The notes under the pieces are model-generated. The model saw only the letters and a program-made list of their open reading frames with translations. It was not told the DNA's origin and made no database searches. A DNA stretch of 64,000 bases from an uncultured bacterium (GTDB taxonomy: Bacteria > Fidelibacterota > Marinisomatia > Marinisomatales > Marinisomataceae). This document shows positions 48,298 to 57,869 of this stretch, one piece after another. The stretch is taken from the NCBI GenBank assembly GCA_943788675.1, contig CALSRE010000002.1, positions 73,371 through 137,370 on the forward strand. The letters are read 5' to 3'. Both the position numbers and the translations under genes were made by a program. Numbering within the stretch: position 1 is the stretch's first letter; each line of letters begins with the position of its first letter.

Positions 48298-49116
48298 TTA
48301 TAGGGTTTTTATAATTCTTGCAATTTCATTTAACAGCTCTGAGGAATCACCTTCAGACTTACTCAAATCAATAGATGAGCAATTTTTAGAATCTTTAAAA
48401 ATTTTAGTTTTCATAATCTTTGCTGAAACCTTTTCTGTATCGTCAATAACAATAGTAGCATCTGCATTTGCACATCCTATCTCATTTAAATTTAACGCTT
48501 TAAGTTCATCTAAAGTTTCTGAATTAAAAGGAAGATTATTTGTATCAAAAATAATATCCTCATTTAATGAATTTGCTAAGTAAATAGTCTTAATTTTAGA
48601 AAGGTCTTTATCTGATTTTGCTAACTTTTTAAGCAAAAAAGGTACTAAAGCTGATGTCCAGCCATTGCAAATAATTACATTAGGAAACCAAAATAAATTT
48701 GGAAGCATTTTTATTGTAGCAAGAGAATAGAAAGCAAATCTGATATCATTATCAGTTAAATATCTTCCATTCTTAGCCTTGAAAAGTAAATTATTTAAGT
48801 CACCAAATTGATTTTCATTCTCTAAAAAATAAACTTGAAGGCGAGATTTTGGCAAAAAAGCACTTTTTGCAGAACATTCATAACTGCTGTCTTCATAATC
48901 AAAAAGGATTTCTTTTAAACGAATAACCTCTCTTAAAATGTACTTTCTTTCGCTTATAAAGCCATATTTAGGCATCAAACAGCGAACATCATTTCCTTTC
49001 TCCTGTAAACCTAAGGGAATATCAACTGAAAGGTTCCCTTGATTTGAAACAGATGCAAATGGCTCCATTTCGCTATTAATATAAAAGAGTTTTTTTACCA
49101 TGATAATGAGCAACAA
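48298..49116 (-). CDS. short glycogen/starch-synthase-like protein (GT5 N-terminal domain only)
   Basis: 272 aa. SEMEPFASV...GLQEKGNDVRCLMPKYG resembles the GlgA N-terminal domain. No C-terminal GT-B half is present. The true start is probably MVKK at 49098. Confidence 0.6.
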   Translation of the reverse strand: MLLIIMVKKLFYINSEMEPFASVSNQGNLSVDIPLGLQEKGNDVRCLMPKYGFISERKYILREVIRLKEILFDYEDSSYECSAKSAFLPKSRLQVYFLENENQFGDLNNLLFKAKNGRYLTDNDIRFAFYSLATIKMLPNLFWFPNVIICNGWTSALVPFLLKKLAKSDKDLSKIKTIYLANSLNEDIIFDTNNLPFNSETLDELKALNLNEIGCANADATIVIDDTEKVSAKIMKTKIFKDSKNCSSIDLSKSEGDSSELLNEIARIIKTL

Positions 49117-49158
49117 AAGTTAACTAAACACATTCAAAACCACAACTGAGAATAATAA

Positions 49159-50373
49159 TTAATTTTTTGATAAAATTGAGACCAAAGAAAGGATAATAAA
49201 ACATAGCAACATAAACGAACCTCCAGCAGAAATAAAAGGTGTTGGTAGTCCTTTTACTGGCATTAATCCAATGGTCATTGCTGAATTAACAAAAATATGA
49301 GAAAACATAATTGAAGTTAAACCAATTATAACAAGGCTTGAAAAATAATCTGTAACCTTAAAAGCCAAATCAAGAAAAGTCTTAATTAACATAAAAAATA
49401 AAATCATTATAATGGATATACCAAAAAATCCAAATTCTTCTGCAATGACTGATAAAATAAAATCAGACTCTTGGACTGGAAGGAATTTTAATTGAGTTTG
49501 TGAACCCTGCCCCCAACCTTTACCAAAGAGGCCGCCTGAACCAATAGCTGTAATGCTCTGAATAATATGATATGAAGACCCCATTGGATCTAAATCTGGA
49601 TTTAAAAAATCAAGAAATCTTTGTCTTTGATATCCATTTAAAAAATCATTCCAAAATAAAGGGAATAAAAGTCCAGTAAAAATATTGGCGAAGTATAAAA
49701 CAATTCGCCTTAATAAGCTTCCTTGAAAAATCATAAAAATAATAAACATAATGACTGCCCAAATATTGAATATCATAAAATTTGATGCTGCTAAGATTGT
49801 TAAAAGTGGAGCAATCAAAAGAAAAATGGTAAACGTGTTTACCCCTGCCCAAAGAAGCATCGGTAAAACCGGGGCAAAAATTATTACAGCAGTACCTAAA
49901 TCTGGCTGATTCAATACTATAAAAGCAGACAACATTGCTATAGCTAGTGGAATGATAATAATATAGTTTTCTTTAACTTCAAGTTGATGATTTGATAAAT
50001 ACTTAGCTATTACAATAATTGTAGCACATTTTAAATATTCTCCAGGCTGAATGTAGAAAAAACCTAAATCTATCCATCTAAAGGTATTTTCAACTGGTGG
50101 AAGAAAAAATGGTATAAAACATAAAAAAAATGACCCTAAATAAATTAAAGTCGAATTATCGTGAATTGTTTTCACATTCATTCGCTGAATTACGAAAAAC
50201 ACAAAAAAAGAAAAAATGATAAAAATGATTTGTCTAAAGAATGTACTGCTTAAAGATGTAGGATCATTTGAAATGCTATAAAGAGTGATTAGACCGAAAG
50301 ATAATAAAGATAATACAATTAAATATAACCTTCCAAGATATTCATTTGACCCACTTAAATAATTATTGAACAA
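49159..50373 (-). CDS. rodA: rod shape-determining protein RodA (SEDS family)
   Basis: 404 aa, polytopic. FtsW/RodA motifs IQPGEYLK and DLGTA. Located downstream of mrdA. Confidence 0.9.
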   Translation of the reverse strand: MFNNYLSGSNEYLGRLYLIVLSLLSFGLITLYSISNDPTSLSSTFFRQIIFIIFSFFVFFVIQRMNVKTIHDNSTLIYLGSFFLCFIPFFLPPVENTFRWIDLGFFYIQPGEYLKCATIIVIAKYLSNHQLEVKENYIIIIPLAIAMLSAFIVLNQPDLGTAVIIFAPVLPMLLWAGVNTFTIFLLIAPLLTILAASNFMIFNIWAVIMFIIFMIFQGSLLRRIVLYFANIFTGLLFPLFWNDFLNGYQRQRFLDFLNPDLDPMGSSYHIIQSITAIGSGGLFGKGWGQGSQTQLKFLPVQESDFILSVIAEEFGFFGISIIMILFFMLIKTFLDLAFKVTDYFSSLVIIGLTSIMFSHIFVNSAMTIGLMPVKGLPTPFISAGGSFMLLCFIILSLVSILSKN

Positions 50374-52144
50374 CTTTACTCACAATCTCTACTGAATTTT
50401 TTGTAATAAATGACACAATTTTTCCTGCAATTGGAGATGCGACAGCACCGCCGCCTCCGCCATTTTCAACAAGAACCACAATAGAAAACTTTTGATTATT
50501 CAATTCAAAAAAACCATTAAACCATGCGTGTGGATCTCCGTGGGGATTTTCAGCTGTACTAGTTTTTCCAAATAATTTAATATCAGAGTTTTGGCGAGCT
50601 CTCCATCCGCTTCCACCATCTGAATTGACAACATCAAATAAGCCGTTAAATACTCTATCCCAAGTTTGATTTGATAGTTCAATATCATGGTAAAAATCTA
50701 CTTCTTTATTCAAATTTAATTTTAACTTTGCTGTTTTCTTTCCTTTTGAGGCAATATGATTAATGTATCTCAAGGTTTGTAAAGGAGTTACTAAAATATC
50801 TCCCTGCCCTAAAGTCAGGTTTAATAACATGCCTCTCTCTGACCATCCCCATCTTCCATAGGTTTTTATAAAAAATTCTTTATCTGGAATTTGACCAATT
50901 AGTTCATTTGGAAGGTCAATTTCTGTCTCTTCATTAAAACCAAAAATTTTTGCTGTTTTAGTCCAGTCTTTTAAGTTGGTTAATTGTACTGTTTCGTAAA
51001 AGTATACGTTGCAGGATTGAGCTATAGCCTTATTTAAATCTACAAGCCCATGACCATCCTCTTTCCAGCATTTGAAAGTTCTAGAACTTCCGGGTGGAGT
51101 ATATGATCCATCGCACATCAAATTATCCTCAGGATCTAATAATCCATTCTCAATTAAATTAAATGCTGTTATCAATTTGAAAGATGAACCAGGAGGATAT
51201 AATCCTGAAATTGTTCTGTTGATAATAGGCTTGCTAGAATCGCTCAGAAGATTTTTCCATTCTTTTTCGTTTGTTTCTCCTCTGTAGATATCCATACTAT
51301 AGGAAGGATTGCTAACCATTGATAAAATTTCTCCGGTGTCAACATTAGAAACTAAAATAACACCTTTTTGATCATTCAAAAGACTTTTAGAGTATTCTTG
51401 AAGTCTTGCATCAATTGTAATAAATAAATCATTACCAGGAAAAGCAGGAACGCTGTTGTCATTTATTCTACTTATTTCTCTTCCGTAAGTATCAACCTCA
51501 ATATATTCGATACCTTTTGAGTACCTTAGTTCATTTTCATATTGCTTTTCTAACCCTTGCCAACCTACTAGTTCACCAGCTCTGTAAAATTTTGATTTAT
51601 CTAAAGAAGATAAAGACTCTCTGTCTATCTCTCTTAAATATCCAAGAATATGAGCATCATCAAGCGCATCTCTATAGAATCTTTCATCAAACCTTTTATA
51701 TTGAAAACCTGAAAGCTCTAATCTTCTTTCTTCGATCTGAGATATTTCTGAAAATGTTAAATTTTTAGCAATAATCGTTGGAAGAAATCTTCCTTGATAA
51801 AATTTTTCATATCGCTGATTAATATTTTCAAGAGGGATATTGGTTATATCGGAAATTATGCTAAACTCTTCTTCCTTACTATCAAGTTGATAGGGAGTTA
51901 CAGTCAAAATATAAGTTGGATAATTTTCAACTAATACTTCTCCATTTCTATCCAAAATTAGCCCTCTGGGCGCATAGGTTGCTTGAGCTTTAACGCTGTT
52001 CACCTGAGATTTAGAAAAATATCTTTCATGTTCAATAATTTGAAGAAAAAAATATCTAGATAAAAGAGTACAAATTGAAACAAAAAGAACGAATAATAAA
52101 GTTCTGTAGTGAAAAATATCAGCCTTATTATCAATTTTAAGCAC
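50363..52144 (-). CDS. mrdA: penicillin-binding protein 2 (elongation transpeptidase)
   Basis: 593 aa with an N-terminal anchor. Transpeptidase motifs SxxK (PPGSSFK), SxN (QSCN) and a KTG-like motif (GKTSTA). Confidence 0.9.
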   Translation of the reverse strand: MLKIDNKADIFHYRTLLFVLFVSICTLLSRYFFLQIIEHERYFSKSQVNSVKAQATYAPRGLILDRNGEVLVENYPTYILTVTPYQLDSKEEEFSIISDITNIPLENINQRYEKFYQGRFLPTIIAKNLTFSEISQIEERRLELSGFQYKRFDERFYRDALDDAHILGYLREIDRESLSSLDKSKFYRAGELVGWQGLEKQYENELRYSKGIEYIEVDTYGREISRINDNSVPAFPGNDLFITIDARLQEYSKSLLNDQKGVILVSNVDTGEILSMVSNPSYSMDIYRGETNEKEWKNLLSDSSKPIINRTISGLYPPGSSFKLITAFNLIENGLLDPEDNLMCDGSYTPPGSSRTFKCWKEDGHGLVDLNKAIAQSCNVYFYETVQLTNLKDWTKTAKIFGFNEETEIDLPNELIGQIPDKEFFIKTYGRWGWSERGMLLNLTLGQGDILVTPLQTLRYINHIASKGKKTAKLKLNLNKEVDFYHDIELSNQTWDRVFNGLFDVVNSDGGSGWRARQNSDIKLFGKTSTAENPHGDPHAWFNGFFELNNQKFSIVVLVENGGGGGAVASPIAGKIVSFITKNSVEIVSKVVQ

Positions 52145-52616
52145 TGAGAATTGCCTCTTTCAATGAAAATATTCTTATCAATATAAAACCAACAAAACAA
52201 GTGAAATATGTTACAAAAAAACAATTAGAAAGGAAAAGCAGGAAATCATTAAAGAAGAAATAATCATATCTAAATAATGAATATATCACTATACCCAAAT
52301 GCACAAAAGCAATCCAGTACAAATCAAAATTTCTAAAAGCAAAATTATGACTGACTTTAGATGCCCAAAATCCACATATAGAAAACACTAAACTTGAAAC
52401 ACCTATATAGACTCCGCTAAAAAGGACAAAATCAGTAAAAATACCAACCAGAAAACCATTTATGGTTGACTGGGAGGCGTTGTTATCTGATGGCATTGAA
52501 GACAAAATAACATACAAAAGCATGATATTTGCTTGATAACCATTGAATGTCAGTAATTCAGAGAATAAAAGCTGAAGAAAAACTGCAAAAGGAAAAAGCT
52601 TTAAGAAAAAACTCAT
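52137..52616 (-). CDS. mreD: rod shape-determining protein MreD
   Basis: 159 aa, hydrophobic. Positioned between mreC and mrdA. Confidence 0.75.
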   Translation of the reverse strand: MSFFLKLFPFAVFLQLLFSELLTFNGYQANIMLLYVILSSMPSDNNASQSTINGFLVGIFTDFVLFSGVYIGVSSLVFSICGFWASKVSHNFAFRNFDLYWIAFVHLGIVIYSLFRYDYFFFNDFLLFLSNCFFVTYFTCFVGFILIRIFSLKEAILSA

Positions 52617-53407
52617 AACTCATCACCTCTTTGAACAACAAATAATTGATTTATAGTTGATAAATCGGAATATAATTTCATTTTAACTATTCTGTTTGAA
52701 CTATCAGATTTTTCAAAAATACTTATCACCTCCCCAACCGGTAGATTGGGAGGGAAATAAATGCTTAGATTTGAAGTGAGAACAACATCGCCTATTTCAA
52801 TATCAGAAATTTTCTTTAATTCTGCAATTTCACAAATATCATCTCCAATCCATCGTAAAATTCCTTCAACATTATCGGGCACAATTTTAACACTCAATCT
52901 GAAATTTACGTCGCTAATTAACTGCACTTCAGCAGTAGATTTTGAAGTAGAAATAATTTTTCCAACTACACCTTTTGAAGTCAATACAGGATCGTTTATG
53001 CTTACTCTATCTTCTTGACCTCTGTCGATCAATATGGATGACATATTTGCTGATACACCTTTAGATATTACATCTGCTCCCAAAAAGTTATAACTATCTC
53101 TTTTTTTAAAATTTAGAAATTCCCTAAATCTAATATTTTCATCTTCATGAACCTTAAGTACTTGATTTTCAAGATTTAATTTTAAATTTTCTGATGACAA
53201 AACTTCAAGTTTCTTGTTTAAAAATAATTGATTATCAAGCCAGTTGAATGGAGCAAATAAAAAAGAAAAAGTATCTAATGAATTAATTTTTGATTTTTTT
53301 ATAACAGTTGTATCGTTATTAAATATCAATAAAAAAGAAATAAATATACAGGAAACTAAAGAAAATCTTTCTTGATAGTCTTTGAAGATGATTCGCAGTT
53401 TAGACAT
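52613..53407 (-). CDS. mreC: rod shape-determining protein MreC
   Basis: 264 aa. N-terminal anchor, coiled coil, then beta-barrel segments (DPVLTSKGVVGKI, LPVGEV). Confidence 0.85.
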   Translation of the reverse strand: MSKLRIIFKDYQERFSLVSCIFISFLLIFNNDTTVIKKSKINSLDTFSFLFAPFNWLDNQLFLNKKLEVLSSENLKLNLENQVLKVHEDENIRFREFLNFKKRDSYNFLGADVISKGVSANMSSILIDRGQEDRVSINDPVLTSKGVVGKIISTSKSTAEVQLISDVNFRLSVKIVPDNVEGILRWIGDDICEIAELKKISDIEIGDVVLTSNLSIYFPPNLPVGEVISIFEKSDSSNRIVKMKLYSDLSTINQLFVVQRGDEL

Positions 53408-53409
53408 TC

Positions 53410-54450
53410 TTAGAGAAGAACGTGCTTATATTTTTCCAAATCTTCAATTACGGCACCGCAGCCTTTCACAATAGCTAAGTGAGGCTCATCTGCAACGTTT
53501 ACTGGAACGCCTGTTTTTTCTCTCAAAACTTGATCTAAACCTCTCAATTGAGACCCACCTCCAGCAAGCACAATTCCCCTATCAATAATATCGGATGAAA
53601 GCTCTGCGGGAGTTGCTTCGAGAGCATCTTTTATTACATCTAAAATTCTTTTAACAGGATCTTTTAAAGCCTGTCTAATTTCATCTGTTTTAATATCAAT
53701 TGTTTTTGGAATACCTGATACTAAATCTCTACCCTTTACAAGGATGTTTCTAGATTTTGTTCTCATTGCAGAGCCAACAGAAATTTTAATTTGTTCCGCG
53801 GTTTGAGCTCCAATTTCTAGCTTGTGCTCATTTCTAAACCAGTGTTGGATTGCATCATCCATTTCATCGCCTGCAACTCTAATAGCTTTTTTTGTAACAA
53901 CACCGTTTAATGAAATTACAGCAACCTCAGTTGTTCCACCGCCAATATCAACGATAATATTTCCTACAGGCTTACTAATGTCAAGACCTATACCTATTGC
54001 AGCAGCAACAGGTTCATCAACTAGAAAAACTTCTCTAGCTGCTTGCTTTTCTCCAGAATCTCTGACAGCTCGTCTTTCTACTTCAGTTACACCTGATGGA
54101 ACACAAATAACCATTCTAGGCCTTGTCAATCTGTTAAGATTAACTTTTCTAATAAATCCTTGTAACATTTCATCTACAGCAGTGAAATCAGCAATAACTC
54201 CATCTCTTAATGGACGAATTGTTTCAATGCCTTCATGTGTCTTTCCTAACATCTCTTTAGCATCATCGCCAACAGCTAAGACTGCTCCAGTTTTGGTTGA
54301 TCTTGCAATAATTGATGGCTCATTGATAATAATTCCTTTACCAGAAAGCCATATCAATGTATTTGCTGTTCCAAGATCAATAGCAATATCGCCACTAACC
54401 CAGTTAAAACTATCAGATACTGAATTTTTTATTGAACTAAAGAAACTCAT
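53410..54450 (-). CDS. mreB: rod shape-determining protein MreB
   Basis: 346 aa. Actin-fold motifs IAIDLGTANTL, DIGGGTTEVAVIS and LAGGGSQLRGLD. Confidence 0.95.
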   Translation of the reverse strand: MSFFSSIKNSVSDSFNWVSGDIAIDLGTANTLIWLSGKGIIINEPSIIARSTKTGAVLAVGDDAKEMLGKTHEGIETIRPLRDGVIADFTAVDEMLQGFIRKVNLNRLTRPRMVICVPSGVTEVERRAVRDSGEKQAAREVFLVDEPVAAAIGIGLDISKPVGNIIVDIGGGTTEVAVISLNGVVTKKAIRVAGDEMDDAIQHWFRNEHKLEIGAQTAEQIKISVGSAMRTKSRNILVKGRDLVSGIPKTIDIKTDEIRQALKDPVKRILDVIKDALEATPAELSSDIIDRGIVLAGGGSQLRGLDQVLREKTGVPVNVADEPHLAIVKGCGAVIEDLEKYKHVLL

Positions 54451-54477
54451 AGCTCGTAATTTATGAAATATTTAATA

Positions 54478-55011
54478 TTAAACATTAGTTTTTTCTTTTG
54501 TCAGCCCTTCTTTGCTTAGCTCGTCTGCTTCAGAATTCTTATCTCTCATTACATGATACAGATTCCAAGAATCTAATTTTGAAAGCTGAACATGTGCTTG
54601 TTTGTACAAAATAGCCATTCTTTCATTTTTTACCTTATACTCTCCATTTACTTGCTTTACAATCAATTCACTATCAGCATAAATAGATACAATATTTATA
54701 TCATGTTCCAGGCAAAGCTTTATACCCTTTATTAGTGCTAGATACTCAGACTCGTTATTAGTTTTAATTCCAACATTTTCAGCAAAAGAGTCTATAACAA
54801 TACTATTTTTTTTAATTAAACCGCCGATACCAGCATTTATTGGCTTATAATGACTATCAAACTCACAAGCGCCATCTGTAAAAAGTGAAAAGTTATTGTC
54901 TGAATTGCTAACATTTGAAAATAAAGATTTTATTTTAGAAAAGTCTTTATCTGAAAAAGAAGATTTATATTTTTCAATAATTTTTAAAATTTGTTTTTCT
55001 TTATTTTTCAT
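54478..55011 (-). CDS. RNase H-fold protein (ribonuclease HI family, archaeal-type/RVT3-like)
   Basis: 177 aa. DEDD-type positions FTDGAC, NNESEYLALIKG, ADSELIV and the C-terminal NSEADELSK. Confidence 0.7.
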   Translation of the reverse strand: MKNKEKQILKIIEKYKSSFSDKDFSKIKSLFSNVSNSDNNFSLFTDGACEFDSHYKPINAGIGGLIKKNSIVIDSFAENVGIKTNNESEYLALIKGIKLCLEHDINIVSIYADSELIVKQVNGEYKVKNERMAILYKQAHVQLSKLDSWNLYHVMRDKNSEADELSKEGLTKEKTNV

Positions 55012-55014
55012 AAA

Positions 55015-56235
55015 CTAATTTAAAAATTGAGTTCTTAAGCGAAAATTTCCAAAACCATACTCATCTATAAAAACAAATTCTTCATTAATTTGAAAATAAT
55101 ACCAGGTTTCAAAATTATAGCTTTGCTGTGGGTTCATTGATTTAACAATATCATCAGGCTTACCAAAAAGTATATATATCATACCCATATCTGATCGCCA
55201 TCCTTGCGAAGAACCTCTAGAAAAATTTTCTTCAGAAAAATTTACTCTTCTATAATATTCTTCCATTAATTCGTTTTCTTTTGTTGTTAAATCAGGATCT
55301 CTTTTGGCCCAAACTTTTTTGAAAAAATTTTCCTTTTCTGAATTTTTTAAATTTCTAAGTTCCTTCTTCTCATCTGAATCAAGGATGTAATTCATCTGAT
55401 TTAAAGCCTTAGAAATATTAGATTTATTTGAAAAAATTAGCGTGTCATTTTTTAGCTTTATTGGAAAAGATTTTGAAATAACATTGTTATCTTTGGAGAT
55501 ATCTACTTTTATTTTAAGATTTGAAGTTTCAATTCCTTTTAAAGGCGCTTTAATCAGTTTTTCAATATTATTGCTAGTTACTTTCTCAATAAAAGACTTT
55601 TCCCATTTACCATCTTCTGAAACCAAGGAAATATTTATTAAATATTCCCCTTTTTCCTCAAAATAAATATATTGATAGAATTCGATAAAACCATCTTTTG
55701 AAGCAATTTTGTTAAGGTTTAACGGATACCTATCTAGCCCAAAATTCCAATCACCGTCTTTATGAATAACAAAAATTGGCTCAAAAATTTTAATATGCCT
55801 ATTTGAAGGTAAATTTTTACTGGGAACTTTAGTCTGTTTTTTTCCTACAAGCTTAGTATCTAAATCTTTTAACGAGAAATTTATGTCAAATTCACCATAT
55901 GGAATTAAAAATTTATTGACAATAATTCTTGGTTTTGACATTTTAACAGTTTCGGAAAAATTTTTAACATTAATTGAATCAGAAAACGTTGTTTTAAATA
56001 ATTTATTGCTGTCTTTAGATAATAATGATACAGTTACTTCAAATGAAGATTCAAAACCTTCTTTCACTTTAATAAATTGTAAATTCCGATTAAAAACCTC
56101 TACAAATGTGATAACCTCGATGTCGTCATTGACTGGCCTTACCACTACATTGGTATTATAAGAATTGACATTTGAGACAGTGTCTTTAGCAGTTACAAAA
56201 GCTGATAATAAAATTATTAATAGTAAATTTTTCAT
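55015..56235 (-). CDS. GWxTD domain-containing secreted protein
   Basis: 406 aa with a signal peptide. C-terminal GWRSDMGMIYILFGKPDDI is a GWxTD variant with Ser in place of Thr. Confidence 0.65.
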   Translation of the reverse strand: MKNLLLIILLSAFVTAKDTVSNVNSYNTNVVVRPVNDDIEVITFVEVFNRNLQFIKVKEGFESSFEVTVSLLSKDSNKLFKTTFSDSINVKNFSETVKMSKPRIIVNKFLIPYGEFDINFSLKDLDTKLVGKKQTKVPSKNLPSNRHIKIFEPIFVIHKDGDWNFGLDRYPLNLNKIASKDGFIEFYQYIYFEEKGEYLINISLVSEDGKWEKSFIEKVTSNNIEKLIKAPLKGIETSNLKIKVDISKDNNVISKSFPIKLKNDTLIFSNKSNISKALNQMNYILDSDEKKELRNLKNSEKENFFKKVWAKRDPDLTTKENELMEEYYRRVNFSEENFSRGSSQGWRSDMGMIYILFGKPDDIVKSMNPQQSYNFETWYYFQINEEFVFIDEYGFGNFRLRTQFLN

Positions 56236-57869
56236 AATTGTAGATTTAATTTAATTAAACCAGAGTTCGAAAGTAATACCAAATATTTACCTATTTGTTC
56301 CATATCATAAATATTTTCTAAAAACGAAAAATTATAAAAATCATTTAACCGGTTATATTTACTATTATAAACAATCAAACCTTTATTTGTACCAATAAAT
56401 ATATAATCTTTAAATTCAACTATATCATTAATTTGATAGTTAAAATAAAGACTTGAGGGGATAATAGAATCATTTTCGCTATTGATAATCCCTCTATCAG
56501 TAACAAAATATTTAATTTCATTGCTTACAAAAACAGAAATAAATTTGAATTCCTCATTTAACTTAGAAAAATTGATATTTTCATCCATATCAATTTGATA
56601 TAATTTATTATTACTAATTAAATATATATTATCTTTATCCGTCCCTAAATCATCAATATAAGTATTATTTTTTCTGACAAAATTTGATATGATTGAATTG
56701 ACTCTCTTTTTTGTTGATTTATCTATAATAACCAAATCTTTTTTTGAACCGATTAGTATTTTATTTCTTAAATTTTCAATGAAATAAATTCTACCAACAG
56801 GTATATCTTTTTCATAGCCAAGTGTTCTAAAAAAATCTTTTTCTTTGTTATATATCAAAACTGCTCCTGTCGAACCGAACCAAGCCTCATTATCAATAAT
56901 CTTACTTGAAAAGAAATCACCGTTAAAAAAGTTTGAATAATTTAATTCACTAAAATTTCTTATTTCATTGAAATCTTCAGAAATTGAAGCAACTGAACTT
57001 AATTTTTTATCACGTATGCCAGCTAACCAAACTTCTTTTTTAAAAGAAATTGTAAGTGGGATAGCAGTATCAAATCCAAAATTTATTGGATTAATAGTTT
57101 TGCTGAAATTATCAACTAGCATAATATATCCATTTGTTAACCCAATCCAGGAATGACCATTTTCTGTTTTGAGTAAAGATATATATTTTGCTGAAATACC
57201 ATTTGAATCTATTGCAAAATTTTGTGACAAAAGCCATCCTTTTTCAACAAAATAGTTTGCAAAATCAATTTCTTTAAAAAATATATCATATTTGAAGTTA
57301 GAATCGCCCCAAAAAATTTTTTTCTCATCTGGAAATAAAAATATACCCAAGAAAGATCCGTTTATGTGGTCTAGCTTTATATAGCTTGATGAAGTTTTTA
57401 TCCAGATAAAATTTAATGAAGAACCAATATCAATAATATCATTATATGAATTTAAAGATAATTTAGAATAATTAACATTGTTCCAATTTCCTTCTCTAGA
57501 GCTCGTAAATTCAAGACTTTTATCACCAACAGACCACAGAATACCAGTAAATTTATCAAAATATACATGTTTGATTTTTTTTGACTTTATACCCTGACCT
57601 AAATAAAGACTTTGATCAAATTTTCTAGAAAATTTGTTAAATCTTAAAATTCCATTACCATTAGTGGCAAAAAAAATATATTGATATCCCTCTGAAATGG
57701 AATTAATAGAGCCATTATTTCCAATAATTTCCCAATCAAATATACCAAACCTCTGATCTACTTGGGCGTGAAGAATATTTATTAAAAATAAACTAAGGGA
57801 AAAAAACTTATTTATTTTTGCGTACTGAATTTCTTTTAAATCCTTTTCTAACTTTTGAAACATGTCCAT
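56232..57869 (-). CDS. beta-propeller repeat protein (two-component-regulator-propeller-like blades)
   Basis: 545 aa with an N-terminal signal/anchor. Recurrent blade motifs (HSWIGLTNGYIMLV, EAWFGSTGAVLIYN, YIFIGTNKGLIVYN, LVLLSNSGLIKL). Confidence 0.5.
   Translation of the reverse strand: MDMFQKLEKDLKEIQYAKINKFFSLSLFLINILHAQVDQRFGIFDWEIIGNNGSINSISEGYQYIFFATNGNGILRFNKFSRKFDQSLYLGQGIKSKKIKHVYFDKFTGILWSVGDKSLEFTSSREGNWNNVNYSKLSLNSYNDIIDIGSSLNFIWIKTSSSYIKLDHINGSFLGIFLFPDEKKIFWGDSNFKYDIFFKEIDFANYFVEKGWLLSQNFAIDSNGISAKYISLLKTENGHSWIGLTNGYIMLVDNFSKTINPINFGFDTAIPLTISFKKEVWLAGIRDKKLSSVASISEDFNEIRNFSELNYSNFFNGDFFSSKIIDNEAWFGSTGAVLIYNKEKDFFRTLGYEKDIPVGRIYFIENLRNKILIGSKKDLVIIDKSTKKRVNSIISNFVRKNNTYIDDLGTDKDNIYLISNNKLYQIDMDENINFSKLNEEFKFISVFVSNEIKYFVTDRGIINSENDSIIPSSLYFNYQINDIVEFKDYIFIGTNKGLIVYNSKYNRLNDFYNFSFLENIYDMEQIGKYLVLLSNSGLIKLNLQL

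Noticed and set aside
48298-49116. Short GlgA-like gene as a truncated pseudogene
   Set aside because: The ORF is intact, tightly packed with its neighbours, and has no trailing out-of-frame GlgA-like sequence. I recall half-size homologues as a regular feature of Bacteroidetes-type genomes. The question is kept open as a check under the related finding.
53822-54466. 214-aa plus-strand ORF covering most of mreB
   Set aside because: It is antisense to a gene with unambiguous MreB motifs. Its Ser/Thr/Pro-rich, low-complexity translation is typical of a shadow ORF.
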